Positions 18,566 through 28,972 are shown, counted from the first letter of the stretch. The stretch: 64,000 nt of DNA from Anaerolineaceae bacterium UBA2274 (GCA_002347705.1 DDWY01000017.1:17315-81314); one strand, 5' to 3'. Translations and numbers: made by a program. Notes: generated by a model from the sequence alone, not told the origin.

Positions 18566-20024
18566 TCCTGAAAGCCTCTTTGGCAGCCTCCCAAAGCTGA
18601 TCCATTTCCTCAAAACTCAACTGATCCACGCTTTTGCCCTTCTCTGCAGCCTTCTTCTCGATGTAGGCAAAGCGTTTGCGGAAGCGCATGTTAGTTTCGC
18701 GCAGGGCAATTTCAGGGTCAACCTTGAGCCAGCGCACCAAATTGACCACCGCGAAGAGCACATCTCCGGCTTCGGATTGTCTCTCCTCATCGGTTTGGGC
18801 GTCCCGCAGTTCGCCCAGTTCTTCATGCACTTTGGCAATGACCGGTTCGATGGTGTGCCAGTCAAATCCTACACGTTTTGCCCGGCGTTGGATCTGGTTC
18901 GCCTGCGAAAGCGCCGGCAGGCTGAGGGGGACACCATCCAGCATGCCCTTGTGACTCTCGCCATTGCTTTTGCGCTCATCCGCCTTGATCTTTTCCCAAT
19001 TGGTAAGCACATTTTCCACTGAATCCACGTTTATATCCGAAAAGACATGTGGGTGGCGCCGGACGAGCTTGGCATTGATGCCCTTCAGAACATCACTCAT
19101 GAGGAAGTCTTCGTCCTCAGTCGCAATCTGGGCATGCAAACCAATCTGCAGCAGCAGATCGCCAAGTTCTTCACGCAGGTGCTGGCTATCTTCCTGGTCC
19201 AGGGCTTCCAAGACCTCGTACGCCTCCTCCAACAGATAGGGGCGCAGGCTCAGATGGGTCTGTTCGCGGTCCCAGGGGCAGCCATCATGGCGGCGTAAGC
19301 GGGCGATGATCTGCAGGAAGTCTTCAAAAGACGTGCCCTGGCTTAAGGGCGGCAGGTACAGGCAGCTCAGCATGCCCAGGTGGACGGACTGATCAATCTC
19401 ATAAAGCGCTAACTTCTCGACGATCTCGTCTGAAGTGCCGGCGTTGTGCACCAGCATCACGGGATGCTCCTGGGGGTAAGTTGCCATGAGGGTCAGCTTG
19501 AGCTCGCTGGCTTCAAAGCTGCTTTCCAACTGCGAAATGATGGCCGGGATGGTCGGGGGAAAGGAGGGTACTTCAAGGCTGGCCAGGTGCAGCGCTTCTG
19601 CCAGCACCATCTGCGGATGCGGGTCGATTCCCAGCGCCGAACAGACCGGTTCGATGAAACTGAGGCCGTCGATCAGCCGGATTGGCAAATCGCTGGCTTC
19701 AACCGCTTTCATGAGTTCACTGACGGTCTCCTCAGCCACAAAGGGGCTGCCGGGCACCCCGTAGGTCACGCCTTGCTCGCGTCTGCCCAGTTCCATGACC
19801 TGCTGGACGATCATCTCGAGGACTTCACCGATATCATCCTTGGAATCGTAGATCTCATCAAAACTACGCACCCCTAAGCCTTCCGGCAGTCCGGCTACCG
19901 CCGGGTGGAACTTCGTCCGCAGCCAGATCTCACCACACTGCTCAAGGTGAGCCCAGGCTTCACGGGTCAGGTATTCTGCCCCTGCGGGTCCTAATCCTAC
20001 AATGGTTATTCCACGTCCAGTCAT
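18534..20024 (-). CDS. YabN-like fusion: N-terminal tetrapyrrole-methylase-fold domain + C-terminal MazG nucleoside-triphosphate pyrophosphohydrolase
   Basis: GITIVGLGPAGAEYLT at the N-terminus. Tandem MazG repeats EEAYEVLEALD...ELGDLLLQI and HEELGELRDA...EAGDVLFAVVNL. Start at ATG 20024 preceded by AAGGAAGCGG. The ORF-track start is 20048. Confidence 0.85.
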   Translation of the reverse strand: MTGRGITIVGLGPAGAEYLTREAWAHLEQCGEIWLRTKFHPAVAGLPEGLGVRSFDEIYDSKDDIGEVLEMIVQQVMELGRREQGVTYGVPGSPFVAEETVSELMKAVEASDLPIRLIDGLSFIEPVCSALGIDPHPQMVLAEALHLASLEVPSFPPTIPAIISQLESSFEASELKLTLMATYPQEHPVMLVHNAGTSDEIVEKLALYEIDQSVHLGMLSCLYLPPLSQGTSFEDFLQIIARLRRHDGCPWDREQTHLSLRPYLLEEAYEVLEALDQEDSQHLREELGDLLLQIGLHAQIATEDEDFLMSDVLKGINAKLVRRHPHVFSDINVDSVENVLTNWEKIKADERKSNGESHKGMLDGVPLSLPALSQANQIQRRAKRVGFDWHTIEPVIAKVHEELGELRDAQTDEERQSEAGDVLFAVVNLVRWLKVDPEIALRETNMRFRKRFAYIEKKAAEKGKSVDQLSFEEMDQLWEAAKEAFRNEENKDAGRE

Positions 20025-20051
20025 CAAATCCGCTTCCTTAATAAACATGCA

Positions 20052-20084
20052 AAGGCTGCCCAGCTAAACTTGGGCAGCCTTTTA
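20052..20084 (-). terminator. Hairpin after rpsI (candidate terminator or attenuator before the YabN-like gene)
   Basis: aaggctgccca-gctaaact-tgggcagcctt: an 11-bp perfect stem. T-runs follow it on both strands, with the stronger run on the plus strand. Confidence 0.55.
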
Positions 20085-20140
20085 ATTGTAACATTACCCG
20101 ATTCCAACATACCAGGCAAACTGGCAGGTGGGATTCAAAA

Positions 20141-20533
20141 CTAACGCTTGGTGTAGGTCGGGGCCTTGCGGGCGCGCTTGAGACCTGGCTTCTTGCGTTC
20201 CTTAACACGGGCGTCGCGCGTCAGCAAACCCTCGGCGCGCAAGGCAGGACGCACAGTCTCATCTGCGGTGACGAGTGCACGTGCCAAACCAAGTTTGACA
20301 GCGTCGCGTTGACCACTGATGCCGCCACCCTGTACTTTGACGGTGACATCAAAGGAGGATGCGCTCTGACCAGTGACTTCGATTGCGTTCAGGATCGCAG
20401 GGGCATCGCCAGCCCGCGGGAAGTAATCGGTCAGGGGTTTCTCATTGACTGTGAAAGTGCCGCTTCCGGGAAAAACCCGCACACGGGCAGTACTTTGTTT
20501 GCGTCGTCCAACTGCTTCTATGTATTGTGCCAT
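20141..20533 (-). CDS. rpsI: 30S ribosomal protein S9
   Basis: 130 aa. MAQYIEAVGRRKQSTARVRV ... KKPGLKRARKAPTYTKR. Confidence 0.97.
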   Translation of the reverse strand: MAQYIEAVGRRKQSTARVRVFPGSGTFTVNEKPLTDYFPRAGDAPAILNAIEVTGQSASSFDVTVKVQGGGISGQRDAVKLGLARALVTADETVRPALRAEGLLTRDARVKERKKPGLKRARKAPTYTKR

Positions 20534-20545
20534 AATTCCTCTTTA

Positions 20546-20977
20546 CTACTTTTCAAAAATAGGCTGGGGGTCTTGACCCTGGTGGGGGTGTTCTGAGCCA
20601 GCATAAATTTTCAGATTATCAAGATAACGCGCTGTCAGCCGGTTCTTTGGGAGCATGCCGCGCACCGCAAAGCGGATAATGCGATCTGGATGGGTTTCGA
20701 GCTGTCGCTTGTAATCCACTGCTTTCAAACCACCGGGATAACCAGAGTGACGATAATACTTTTTCTCTTCTTCACGGGTTTGGTTAACGCTGATTTCGGC
20801 TGCATTAATGACTACCACATGGTCTCCGAGAACCACACCGGGGGTGTAATCCGGGCGATGTTTGCCAATTAATAGCCCTGCAATTTTGGTCGCCAGGCGA
20901 CCAAGGGTTTGACCGGAGGCATCCACCAGATACCACTCTCCAGTCACGTTTCCTTTAGGAATGTATGTTTTTTCCAC
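20546..20977 (-). CDS. rplM: 50S ribosomal protein L13
   Basis: KTYIPKGNVTGEWYLVDASGQTLGRLATKIAGLLIGKHRPDYTP. The likely start is GTG 20977 with GGAG upstream, giving ~143 aa. The ORF track extends to 21031. Confidence 0.93.
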   Translation of the reverse strand: MEKTYIPKGNVTGEWYLVDASGQTLGRLATKIAGLLIGKHRPDYTPGVVLGDHVVVINAAEISVNQTREEEKKYYRHSGYPGGLKAVDYKRQLETHPDRIIRFAVRGMLPKNRLTARYLDNLKIYAGSEHPHQGQDPQPIFEK

Positions 20978-21035
20978 TTCTACTTCTCCGTTTTCAAAAT
21001 ACATACCCGGCCTTGCAGGCTGGGCAAACAATCTT

Positions 21036-21779
21036 TTATTTATCCTCGTTAAAGGTCACTGCTTCCAGGGTCAGACCGCGGGCAGGAGCCAGGCTGACAA
21101 TGCCAGTACTGCCACGTTCAAGCCCAAGCCGCACAGTCTCGACTGGCAGATCGCCAAGCCCGATTCTTACCAAAACGTACACGATCCGCCGCACCATGTG
21201 ATAGAGGAAAGCATTGCCCACAATCGTGAAGCTCATGCCATCATCCTCCTCAACCCAATCCGCCGAATAAATTCTGCGGATCGTGGTGCCGCCCTCTTTC
21301 AGCGCTTTGCCAAAAGCAATAAAATCGTGCTCTCCGAGCAGGTCTTTTGCTGCTGCTTGCATTCGTGCAAGCTCCGGCTTTCGTTCAAGCCGCCAGGCGT
21401 ACCTGTCGCGCAGGGGGTCACGCGCGGATTGCCAATAGAGCTGATAGCAATACTGGCGGTTAAGCGCATCGTAGCGGGGATGAAACTCCGCTGCCACCTG
21501 TGCCACGCTTTGCACCGCAATATCTGCTGGCAAGAAGGCATTCAATGCATTTTCCAGGTCCTTATCGGGGTGGTTCCAATCCAAATTGAAACTGATCACC
21601 TGCCCCCTGGCGTGCACACCGCTATCGGTGCGCCCCGAGGGCATAATTGCCCTGCCCTGCCATCCCAGCCGCTGAAGAGCTCCCTCGAAGGTTGCCTGGA
21701 CGCTGGCTTTGATTGCCTGCCTTTGAAAGCCGTTGTAATTCGTGCCGTCGTAAGCGAGGATAAGTTTGTAATGTGCCAT
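21036..21779 (-). CDS. truA: tRNA pseudouridine(38-40) synthase TruA
   Basis: 247 aa. MAHYKLILAYDGTNYNGFQRQ ... GRTDSGVHARGQV (catalytic Asp context). Confidence 0.95.
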   Translation of the reverse strand: MAHYKLILAYDGTNYNGFQRQAIKASVQATFEGALQRLGWQGRAIMPSGRTDSGVHARGQVISFNLDWNHPDKDLENALNAFLPADIAVQSVAQVAAEFHPRYDALNRQYCYQLYWQSARDPLRDRYAWRLERKPELARMQAAAKDLLGEHDFIAFGKALKEGGTTIRRIYSADWVEEDDGMSFTIVGNAFLYHMVRRIVYVLVRIGLGDLPVETVRLGLERGSTGIVSLAPARGLTLEAVTFNEDK

Positions 21780-21823
21780 GCCTTTCGCTTTCTCGTGAAA
21801 GGCTAATCTTTCTACTCGACTGC

Positions 21824-22207
21824 CTACTCGCTCACCAGCTCAAGCAGCACCATCTCGGCATTGTCACCGAGCCTGGGACCAAGTTTGAGCAGACGCGTGT
21901 AGCCGCCCTTGCGGGTTGTAAAACGCGGAGCGATATCATCGAATAACTTCTTTACAATTTCGTTGCTGTTGTTGCCAAGGCTGGCTGCGACCTGCCGGCG
22001 TGCGTTCATCTTCAGGATGTCGTCGCCTTTTTGTGCGTTGCGTGCCAGCGTGATCAACTTTTCAGCATCTGGCTGAATGGACTTTGCCTTCGCCAGGGTG
22101 GTCTCTATCTTTTCATGCTCGAACAGTTGTTTGATCATGGTCTTCCGCATGGAAGTGCGATGACCCATACTTCTGTTGAGTCGGTATCCTTTAACTTGAT
22201 GCCGCAT
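21824..22207 (-). CDS. rplQ: 50S ribosomal protein L17
   Basis: 127 aa. MRHQVKGYRLNRSMGHRTSMRKTM...TTLAKAK. Confidence 0.97.
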   Translation of the reverse strand: MRHQVKGYRLNRSMGHRTSMRKTMIKQLFEHEKIETTLAKAKSIQPDAEKLITLARNAQKGDDILKMNARRQVAASLGNNSNEIVKKLFDDIAPRFTTRKGGYTRLLKLGPRLGDNAEMVLLELVSE

Positions 22208-22213
22208 ATTCTC

Positions 22214-23179
22214 TTACTCCACTTCTTCTTTTTCCAAATAGCCTTTTTCGACCATGGCGTCTTTTAGCTCTGTCAGACTTTTATCACCGAAATTTCGGAT
22301 GGAAAGCATGGCACTTTCGCCTTTATCCAGCAAATCCAGCACATCACCAACAGTTGTGATGCCAGTTCGCTTCAGCGCGTTGAATACTCGCACAGTCAGG
22401 TCCAGGGCTTCAATCGGGGTTTCGATGACTTCCTTGCTGAAAAGCGGCGTCTCAACCTCAGCCAGGATTGCGGGTTTCACGAGTTCTTCTTCATTGGTGC
22501 CGCTGATGATCATGAGCTGCTCCATCAAGCGCTGCGATGATTCAATCAGTGCCTTCTCCGGGGAGAGTGTTCCGTCAGTCCAGATTTCAAGTTGCAGGCG
22601 ATCGAAGTTGGTGTTTTGACCAACGCGGGCATTTGCCACACTCCAATTTACGCGCCGTACCGGCGAGAAGATTGCATCCACAGGCAGCACACCGATCGGC
22701 AGTCTGTCCGCGCGATCTCCCGCGGGAAGATAACCCCTGCCGGATTCTACCGTCATGTCCATCTCCACGTGGGCATCCTTTTCATTGATGCTGAACAAAT
22801 AGAGATCGGGGTTGACTACTTCCACCTCAGGTGGGCAGCGCAAATCTGCCGCCGTGATGGTGCCTTCACCCTTTACATCCAGGCTGATTGTGGCGCTCTC
22901 AACGTTGTGAAGTTTGAAGCGCAGCAGTTTGATCTGCAGCATCACCTGAATGACATCTTCGCGGACACCTTTGATAGTGGTGAATTCGTGCATCACGTCG
23001 GTGATACGCACTGAGCTTACCGCTGCGCCCTTCAACGAAGAGAGCAGGGTCCTGCGCAGGGCGTTTCCCAGAGTGACACCGAAACCACGATCAAGCGGGC
23101 TGATCGTAAATTTTCCATAGTCTCGGGACTCTTCAGTCCGTTCAATTTTTGGTGTTACCATTTCCATATTTCCTGTCAC
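22214..23179 (-). CDS. rpoA: DNA-directed RNA polymerase alpha subunit
   Basis: 321 aa. GKFTISPLDRGFGVTLGNALRRTLLSSL. C-terminal domain LDLTVRVFNALKRTGITTVGDVL. Confidence 0.97.
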   Translation of the reverse strand: MTGNMEMVTPKIERTEESRDYGKFTISPLDRGFGVTLGNALRRTLLSSLKGAAVSSVRITDVMHEFTTIKGVREDVIQVMLQIKLLRFKLHNVESATISLDVKGEGTITAADLRCPPEVEVVNPDLYLFSINEKDAHVEMDMTVESGRGYLPAGDRADRLPIGVLPVDAIFSPVRRVNWSVANARVGQNTNFDRLQLEIWTDGTLSPEKALIESSQRLMEQLMIISGTNEEELVKPAILAEVETPLFSKEVIETPIEALDLTVRVFNALKRTGITTVGDVLDLLDKGESAMLSIRNFGDKSLTELKDAMVEKGYLEKEEVE

Positions 23180-23230
23180 GTTTGCCCCTAACCAGTCTAA
23201 CGATCAAGTAAGACTGAACTAGTTCTTGAA

Positions 23231-23869
23231 TTAGCGTGAGTAATACTCAACAACCAATTGCTCGCTGAGATTGCCATCAATTTCTGAACGTTCGGGGTTG
23301 CGTAGCATCCGACCTGTAAGATTTGTCAGGTCGCGAGCCAACCATGTGGGCACAGTGCGACCTTCGGCTTCTTCACGCAAATTCTTGAAGAATACCGTCT
23401 CCTTGGACTTTTCCTTCACGGTGATGACATCATCGACTTTGACACCAAAAGAATGGACATCAGCGCGCTGACCGTTCACCAAAAAATGACCGTGGCTCAC
23501 CATGACGCGCGCCTGCGCACGGCTGGCTGCAAAACCAAGTCGATAGATCACGTTATCCAGCCTGGTTTCCAGGATGGTCAACAAGTTAGCACCAGTCTGA
23601 CCGCGCATGCGTAAAGCCTGACCGTAAAAGCGGCGGAACTGGCGTTCATAAATACCGTAAACCCGGCGAACCTTCTGTTTGGCGCGCAGCTGCTTGCCAT
23701 AATCAGATTGACGTGCTGGGCGACCGGCGAGATTTTTTCCATGCATACCAGGGGCGTAGCTGCGTTTCTCAAAAGAGCATTTAGGAGTATAGCAACGCTC
23801 TCCCTTGAGGAACAACTTCTCGCCTTCCCGGCGGCATAAACGACAAACTGCTTCTGTATATCTAGCCAT
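23231..23869 (-). CDS. rpsD: 30S ribosomal protein S4
   Basis: 212 aa. MARYTEAVCRLCRREGEKLFLKGERCYTPKC. Confidence 0.97.
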   Translation of the reverse strand: MARYTEAVCRLCRREGEKLFLKGERCYTPKCSFEKRSYAPGMHGKNLAGRPARQSDYGKQLRAKQKVRRVYGIYERQFRRFYGQALRMRGQTGANLLTILETRLDNVIYRLGFAASRAQARVMVSHGHFLVNGQRADVHSFGVKVDDVITVKEKSKETVFFKNLREEAEGRTVPTWLARDLTNLTGRMLRNPERSEIDGNLSEQLVVEYYSR

Positions 23870-23891
23870 CTTAATAATTTCCTTTTCTTAA

Positions 23892-24296
23892 CTACACGCG
23901 GCGTTTCTTGGGAGGTCGGCAGCCATTATGAGGCACGGGTGTCATATCTGTGATCATGCGCACACGGATACCTAATGATTGGACTGCACGAATCGCAGCT
24001 TCCCGACCAGGACCAGGGCCCTTGACGAACATTTCTACTTCCTGAAGACCCATCTGTTGGGCTGTCTTCACAGTTTGTTCGGCTGCAAGTCTTGCAGCAA
24101 ACGGGGTGCTTTTGCGTGATCCTTTAAAACCAGCTGACCCGGAACTGCCCCAGCAAATCGTATTGCCTTGCAAATCCGTGATGGTCACGATGGTGTTATT
24201 GAAGGACGCAAACACGTGCACTTGTCCTGTCGAAATCTGGCGCTTGACCTTACGCGAAGTAGTCGTTCGCCGCGCTTTACGTGCTTGTTTTGCCAT
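23892..24296 (-). CDS. rpsK: 30S ribosomal protein S11
   Basis: 134 aa. [45 protein letters not shown]. Confidence 0.97.
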   Translation of the reverse strand: MAKQARKARRTTTSRKVKRQISTGQVHVFASFNNTIVTITDLQGNTICWGSSGSAGFKGSRKSTPFAARLAAEQTVKTAQQMGLQEVEMFVKGPGPGREAAIRAVQSLGIRVRMITDMTPVPHNGCRPPKKRRV

Positions 24297-24397
24297 AATT
24301 CTTCCTCACTAAATCTTTACATGTCTGTCACAGCCTGCTTTAGGTTGCCGCTGGGGAGAAAGGGAACCCCATCCCAAGCTTGCTGGTCAGTTCATTA

Positions 24398-24787
24398 CTA
24401 TTTCTTGGTCGCTCCACGGCGGCGTCCGCGACCAGCGACTGTGCGCTTGGGACCCTTGCGTGTGCGTGCGTTGGTGCGGGTATTCTGACCGCGCACAGGG
24501 AGATTCCGGCGGTGACGTAAGCCACGATAGCAGCCAATCTCAACCAAACGCTTGATGTTCATTTGAACTTCCCGACGCAGGTCACCTTCAACCTTGACGT
24601 TCTGTCCAATGAAATCACGGAGTTTTGACACTTCGGCTTCAGGTAAATCTTTTACCCGGATATCAGGATCGACGCCAGTGGCTGCCAGAATTGTATCCGC
24701 AGTCCTTGGTCCGATACCGTAGATATATCGCAAACCGATCTGAATGCGCTTATTGCGCGGGAGGTCAACACCTTCTATACGAGCCAT
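24398..24787 (-). CDS. rpsM: 30S ribosomal protein S13
   Basis: Start at internal ATG 24787 ([26 protein letters not shown]), 129 aa. The ORF-track start is 24874. Confidence 0.96.
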   Translation of the reverse strand: MARIEGVDLPRNKRIQIGLRYIYGIGPRTADTILAATGVDPDIRVKDLPEAEVSKLRDFIGQNVKVEGDLRREVQMNIKRLVEIGCYRGLRHRRNLPVRGQNTRTNARTRKGPKRTVAGRGRRRGATKK

Positions 24788-24798
24788 ATTTTGATTCC

Positions 24799-24912
24799 TT
24801 ATCCTTGTCGCTGCTTGTGGCGGGTATTGGGACAAATAACATAAAGCCGACCGTGTCTTTTGACGATCTTGCATTGGTTACAGCGTTTCTTTATCGATGC
24901 TGATACTTTCAT
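24799..24912 (-). CDS. rpmJ: 50S ribosomal protein L36 (zinc-ribbon type)
   Basis: Below the ORF-track size cutoff. Manual translation gives [37 protein letters not shown] (37 aa), in the canonical position upstream of rpsM. Confidence 0.93.
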   Translation of the reverse strand: MKVSASIKKRCNQCKIVKRHGRLYVICPNTRHKQRQG

Positions 24913-24983
24913 CAGTCCTTACTCCTTCTTCTATCCGCAAAACATTTATTATATCTTTATCGTTCAATATTCGCAAGGTTTGG

Positions 24984-25757
24984 CTATAAACTGGTCAGCA
25001 CCAGCGGGCCATCCTTGGTTACTGCTATAGTATTTTCCTGGTGCGCGGTCAGCTTCCTGTTCACTGATACTACCGTCCACTGATCACCCAGAGTCTTCGT
25101 TCGCCGTGTTCCAATCAGCACCATTGGTTCAATCGCGATCGTCATGCCTTCGCGCAGCAAAAAACCCTGCCCTGGCACGCCGTAGTTGGTCAACTGTGGG
25201 CTTTCGTGCATCTCACGCCCAACACCATGACCTGTGTAAGTGTGGGTGCTAAAGAAACCGTGGCTTTCCACATGGGCTTCAATGGCCGAACCGATATCAC
25301 CGCTGTGATTACCCGCCACCATCAGTGACGTCGCAATTTCCAGCGCTTCTTTGGTCACATCGATCAGTCGCTGAGATTCTGCTGAAATCTCACCGACGCC
25401 GACCGTAAAAGCGGAATCGCCAACAAAACCTTCATAGACCGTACCGCAATCAACCGAAATGATGTCGCCTTCTTTTAGCTTGCGATTGCCGGGAATGCCG
25501 TGCACCATTTGTTCATTGATGCTGGTGCAGATACTCCCCGGGAAGGGCACCCCGTTTCCGGGGTCATAATTCTTAAAGGGCGAGTAAACTCCGTGAGCCC
25601 GCTGAAAACTTTCCGCGACCTCATTCAGTTCACCAGTTGTCACACCTGGCCTGATTTCTGCCTTGACCGCTTCGAGGGTCTGGGCATTCAAACGACCAGC
25701 TTCCCGCATCAGGGCGATTTCCGCGCCTGATTTGAGATTGATTCTGTTTTCGAACAT
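24984..25757 (-). CDS. map: Type I methionine aminopeptidase
   Basis: 257 aa. Pita-bread metal ligand contexts DIISVDCG, GDSAFT, TGHGVGREMHE, IEPM. Confidence 0.95.
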   Translation of the reverse strand: MFENRINLKSGAEIALMREAGRLNAQTLEAVKAEIRPGVTTGELNEVAESFQRAHGVYSPFKNYDPGNGVPFPGSICTSINEQMVHGIPGNRKLKEGDIISVDCGTVYEGFVGDSAFTVGVGEISAESQRLIDVTKEALEIATSLMVAGNHSGDIGSAIEAHVESHGFFSTHTYTGHGVGREMHESPQLTNYGVPGQGFLLREGMTIAIEPMVLIGTRRTKTLGDQWTVVSVNRKLTAHQENTIAVTKDGPLVLTSL

Positions 25758-26410
25758 TAAGCCACAGCTTTCAGCAAATCTTCTGTGACTTGCTCAATTT
25801 CCTGTGTGCCGTCTACCTCGATCAGCGTCCCTGCCTGACGATAATAATCAATCAGAGGGGAGGTCTGGTCGTAGTATACATTGATGCGGTGCAGGACCGT
25901 CTCGGGCTTATCATCGTCCCGCTGATAGAGCTGCGAGCCGTCCACATCGTCCACCCATTTTACCCTGGGGGGATTGTAGAGTGCGTGATAAACACGCCCC
26001 GCATGGCTCATCCAGCGACCGCTCAGACGTTCAACCAGCACATCATTCGGCACGCTGATAAAAGGCACAAAATCTACCTTTCCACCAATCTCAGCCAAAA
26101 GGTTTTCAAACGCTTCAGCCTGGGTCGGAGTGCGTGGAAAGCCGTCCATTACGGCACCCTTTGCACAATCAGGTCTTGAAAGGCGTTCTCTTACCATTTC
26201 GATGGTTACGCCATCGGGCACCAGTTCGCCTTTGACCATGTAACTTGAGGCCAACTTACCCAGCTCGGTTTCCTGGCTCAGATTCTCGCGGAAGAGATCG
26301 CCCGTCGAAACATGTACCAGACCCAGCTTTGCCGCCAGGATCTTAGCCTGAGTGCCTTTGCCGGCTCCCGGTGGACCCAGCATAACGATGTAAGTCGCTT
26401 TTTCGTTCAT
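25757..26410 (-). CDS. adk: Adenylate kinase (LID domain without the 4-Cys zinc site)
   Basis: 217 aa. P-loop MLGPPGAGKGTQA. LID segment SGRWMSHAGRVYH...DDVDG lacks the CxxC pairs. Confidence 0.95.
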   Translation of the reverse strand: MNEKATYIVMLGPPGAGKGTQAKILAAKLGLVHVSTGDLFRENLSQETELGKLASSYMVKGELVPDGVTIEMVRERLSRPDCAKGAVMDGFPRTPTQAEAFENLLAEIGGKVDFVPFISVPNDVLVERLSGRWMSHAGRVYHALYNPPRVKWVDDVDGSQLYQRDDDKPETVLHRINVYYDQTSPLIDYYRQAGTLIEVDGTQEIEQVTEDLLKAVA

Positions 26411-26426
26411 CTTCCAACTCTCCAGC

Positions 26427-27761
26427 TTAGTTGATCAGCCGATCATCGTAGCCGTGCATGCGCAATTCGGTCTCGATCAGCTCAACCGTCTCGCGAATAG
26501 TGCCAACCACGATCAACAGACCCGAAGCCTGCATTAATTGCACACCCGCGCTGCCTTCTGGCAGGAAGTATCCCATGATGTATGGCAATACCGCCACCAA
26601 ACCCAGGAAGAACGCGCCAGGGAGCGTGATGCGCCGCTGAACACGAGTGAGATAGTCCTGCGTGGCTTTACCACGGACAACTCCCGGGATCTGAGCGCCC
26701 TGCTTTTTCAGGTTATCACCATAGTTTTGCTGCGCGAAGAGCACGTCAGTGTAGAAGTACGCAAACGCAACAACCAGCAGGAAGAACATGATTGGATACC
26801 ACCAGTCTTCCCCACCAAAAGCTCGGTACAACCAGTTGGACGCGCTATTGACCCATTTGGTCTGGGAATTGATAAAGAATGACGACAGAATCGCCGGGAA
26901 GGTCAGGAATGATTGGGCAAAAATGATCGGGATCATGCCGGCCATGTTGACCATCAGGGGTAGTTGACTGCGCACCGGCATCGACATTCGGTTGCCAATA
27001 CGCCGTCCCGGGAACAAAACCGGTATGTTGCGGCGTCCGCCCTGGACAAACACAATAGCCAGGATCGTCAACACAAAGACAGTCAGCACCACCGCAAATA
27101 CCCACCAGGGTTCTTTCCCATTGAACATCTGGGCGAAGGTGACCGGGAAGCGTGAGACGATGCCAGCAAAGATGATCAACGATAAGCCCTGATTACGTAA
27201 GCCATATTCAGAAATCAACTGACCAATCCAGATACCAAACATCGTACCCGCAACCATACTGATGATGGCGGTGAGAGTCGGCAACAACTGTGCTCCAGAA
27301 AAGCCCCACTGCTGAATGACCGTACTGCCGCCTAACATCGAGTTAAAGATATTAATTTGCCCAAACGCTGAAAGGAGCGCCATCGGAATGGTCAGGATAA
27401 CTGTCCATTTTTCCATCCAGATACGACCTTCGCGGGGATCATCCTTCATTTTTTGTTCCAACGCGGGAATAACCGGTGTGAGCAATTGCAGGATAATTTG
27501 GGCAGTGATATACGGGTAGACACCCATGGCAAGCACAGAGAATCTGGACACCGCTCCACCAGAGAGCAGATCAAGCAAGTTCACCAGATTACCGCCAGCT
27601 CCAGTCTGCTGGGACAATGCCGCAACAGCAGCACGGTTGATGCCAGGAACTGGAATGTTGGCTGCCAGGCGGAAAATTGCCAGCAGCAACAGCGAAATCA
27701 ACAGCTTGTTGCGAATATCCTCAGATTTCCACAGGTAACGCCAGGATGATCGTTTCATCAC
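26427..27761 (-). CDS. secY: Preprotein translocase subunit SecY
   Basis: 444 aa polytopic protein in the spc-operon position between rplO and adk. Confidence 0.96.
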   Translation of the reverse strand: MMKRSSWRYLWKSEDIRNKLLISLLLLAIFRLAANIPVPGINRAAVAALSQQTGAGGNLVNLLDLLSGGAVSRFSVLAMGVYPYITAQIILQLLTPVIPALEQKMKDDPREGRIWMEKWTVILTIPMALLSAFGQINIFNSMLGGSTVIQQWGFSGAQLLPTLTAIISMVAGTMFGIWIGQLISEYGLRNQGLSLIIFAGIVSRFPVTFAQMFNGKEPWWVFAVVLTVFVLTILAIVFVQGGRRNIPVLFPGRRIGNRMSMPVRSQLPLMVNMAGMIPIIFAQSFLTFPAILSSFFINSQTKWVNSASNWLYRAFGGEDWWYPIMFFLLVVAFAYFYTDVLFAQQNYGDNLKKQGAQIPGVVRGKATQDYLTRVQRRITLPGAFFLGLVAVLPYIMGYFLPEGSAGVQLMQASGLLIVVGTIRETVELIETELRMHGYDDRLIN

Positions 27762-27775
27762 TTATCTCCTCTTAG

Positions 27776-28234
27776 CTACGAAAGTGCCAATGTCTCGATA
27801 GTCCCGCCAGCTTTTTCAATTTTCTGACGAGCGCCTTCAGTCACCTTGTGAGCTTTGATTTTCAGGGCAACGTTGATATCACCACGACCCAGGATTTTGA
27901 TCGGCAAATCTTTGCCCTTCAGAAGTCCGGCAGCTTTCAGGCTTTCAGGAGTGATTTCATCACCAGCCTTAAAACCCTGCAGTGAATCCAAGTTTACTTC
28001 CGCGTAGCGTACGCGATTGCGTGGGGTGAAACCTTCACCACGCAGGAAAGGCAGCTTGCGGTAAAAGGGCAGGTTACCGCCCATGTGATAAGGGCGCACT
28101 CCGCCGCCACTGCGTGCGTTCTGACCTTTGGTTCCGCGACCGGCAGTTTTGCCTGAGCCGCTTCCAGTACCCCGGCCTACACGCTTGCGCGTTTTCTTTG
28201 CGCCTTCGTTTGGTTTGAGATCATGTAATTGCAT
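27776..28234 (-). CDS. rplO: 50S ribosomal protein L15
   Basis: 152 aa. MQLHDLKPNEGAKKTRKRVGRGTGSGSGKTAGRGTKGQ. Confidence 0.97.
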   Translation of the reverse strand: MQLHDLKPNEGAKKTRKRVGRGTGSGSGKTAGRGTKGQNARSGGGVRPYHMGGNLPFYRKLPFLRGEGFTPRNRVRYAEVNLDSLQGFKAGDEITPESLKAAGLLKGKDLPIKILGRGDINVALKIKAHKVTEGARQKIEKAGGTIETLALS

Positions 28235-28236
28235 GC

Positions 28237-28443
28237 TTACTTCTCCTCAGTGTCTGGCAGGATCTCAATTAAATGTGAGACCTTTGTCAGCATTCCGCGC
28301 AGAGCCTCATTATCCTCATGCTCAACCACCTGGTTGAGATTACGGAAGCCGAGCGCTTTGAGTGTTCGTTTGGTGCGGACGCTGTAGCCGATGCCGCTTT
28401 TCACCAATTTGACGCGCAGGATATTTGACTGTTTCTTAGCCAT
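28237..28443 (-). CDS. rpmD: 50S ribosomal protein L30
   Basis: 68 aa. LRVKLVKSGIGYSVRTKRTLKALGF. Confidence 0.95.
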   Translation of the reverse strand: MAKKQSNILRVKLVKSGIGYSVRTKRTLKALGFRNLNQVVEHEDNEALRGMLTKVSHLIEILPDTEEK

Positions 28444-28960
28444 TTTTCCTCCGGTCCCAATATGGTGTCACATCGATCAGGTCCTTGCCGCGTTCCGCCG
28501 CCACCGTAGCAGGTGATTTGAGCTGCGATAAGGCATCGAAGGTAGCCTGGACGATGTTGAGCATGTTTGAAGAGCCCAGAGATTTGGTAAGGATGTCCTT
28601 GATCCCTGCAGCTTCACAAACCGCGCGCACACCACCGGCCGCGATGACGCCAGTACCAGCCGAAGCCGGCTTCAGCAGCACTTTCGCGCCACTTTGGCTG
28701 CCAGTCACTTCATGAGCAATCGTTGTGCCCAGCAGGCTGACTTTATTCATATTCTTATACGCACGCTCGGTAGCTTTGCGCATCGCGTCTGGAACAGCAA
28801 GTGCCTTGCCAGTGCCCAGCCCAACATTCCCGTTATTATCGCCAACCACCACGGTCACGCGGAACGAGAAGCGGCGGCCACCTTTGACAACCTTGGCAAC
28901 CCGAGCAATGTCAATTACACGTTCGTCGTATTGAGTCTCTAATCCTTGATATTCTTCCAT
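28436..28960 (-). CDS. rpsE: 30S ribosomal protein S5
   Basis: 174 aa. [39 protein letters not shown]. Confidence 0.97.
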   Translation of the reverse strand: MEEYQGLETQYDERVIDIARVAKVVKGGRRFSFRVTVVVGDNNGNVGLGTGKALAVPDAMRKATERAYKNMNKVSLLGTTIAHEVTGSQSGAKVLLKPASAGTGVIAAGGVRAVCEAAGIKDILTKSLGSSNMLNIVQATFDALSQLKSPATVAAERGKDLIDVTPYWDRRKNG

Positions 28961-28972
28961 AGTATCCTCGTT

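Noticed and set aside
20961-21806. 281-aa plus-strand ORF overlapping truA and rplM.
   Set aside because: It is antisense to two clearly identified genes and has no motifs.
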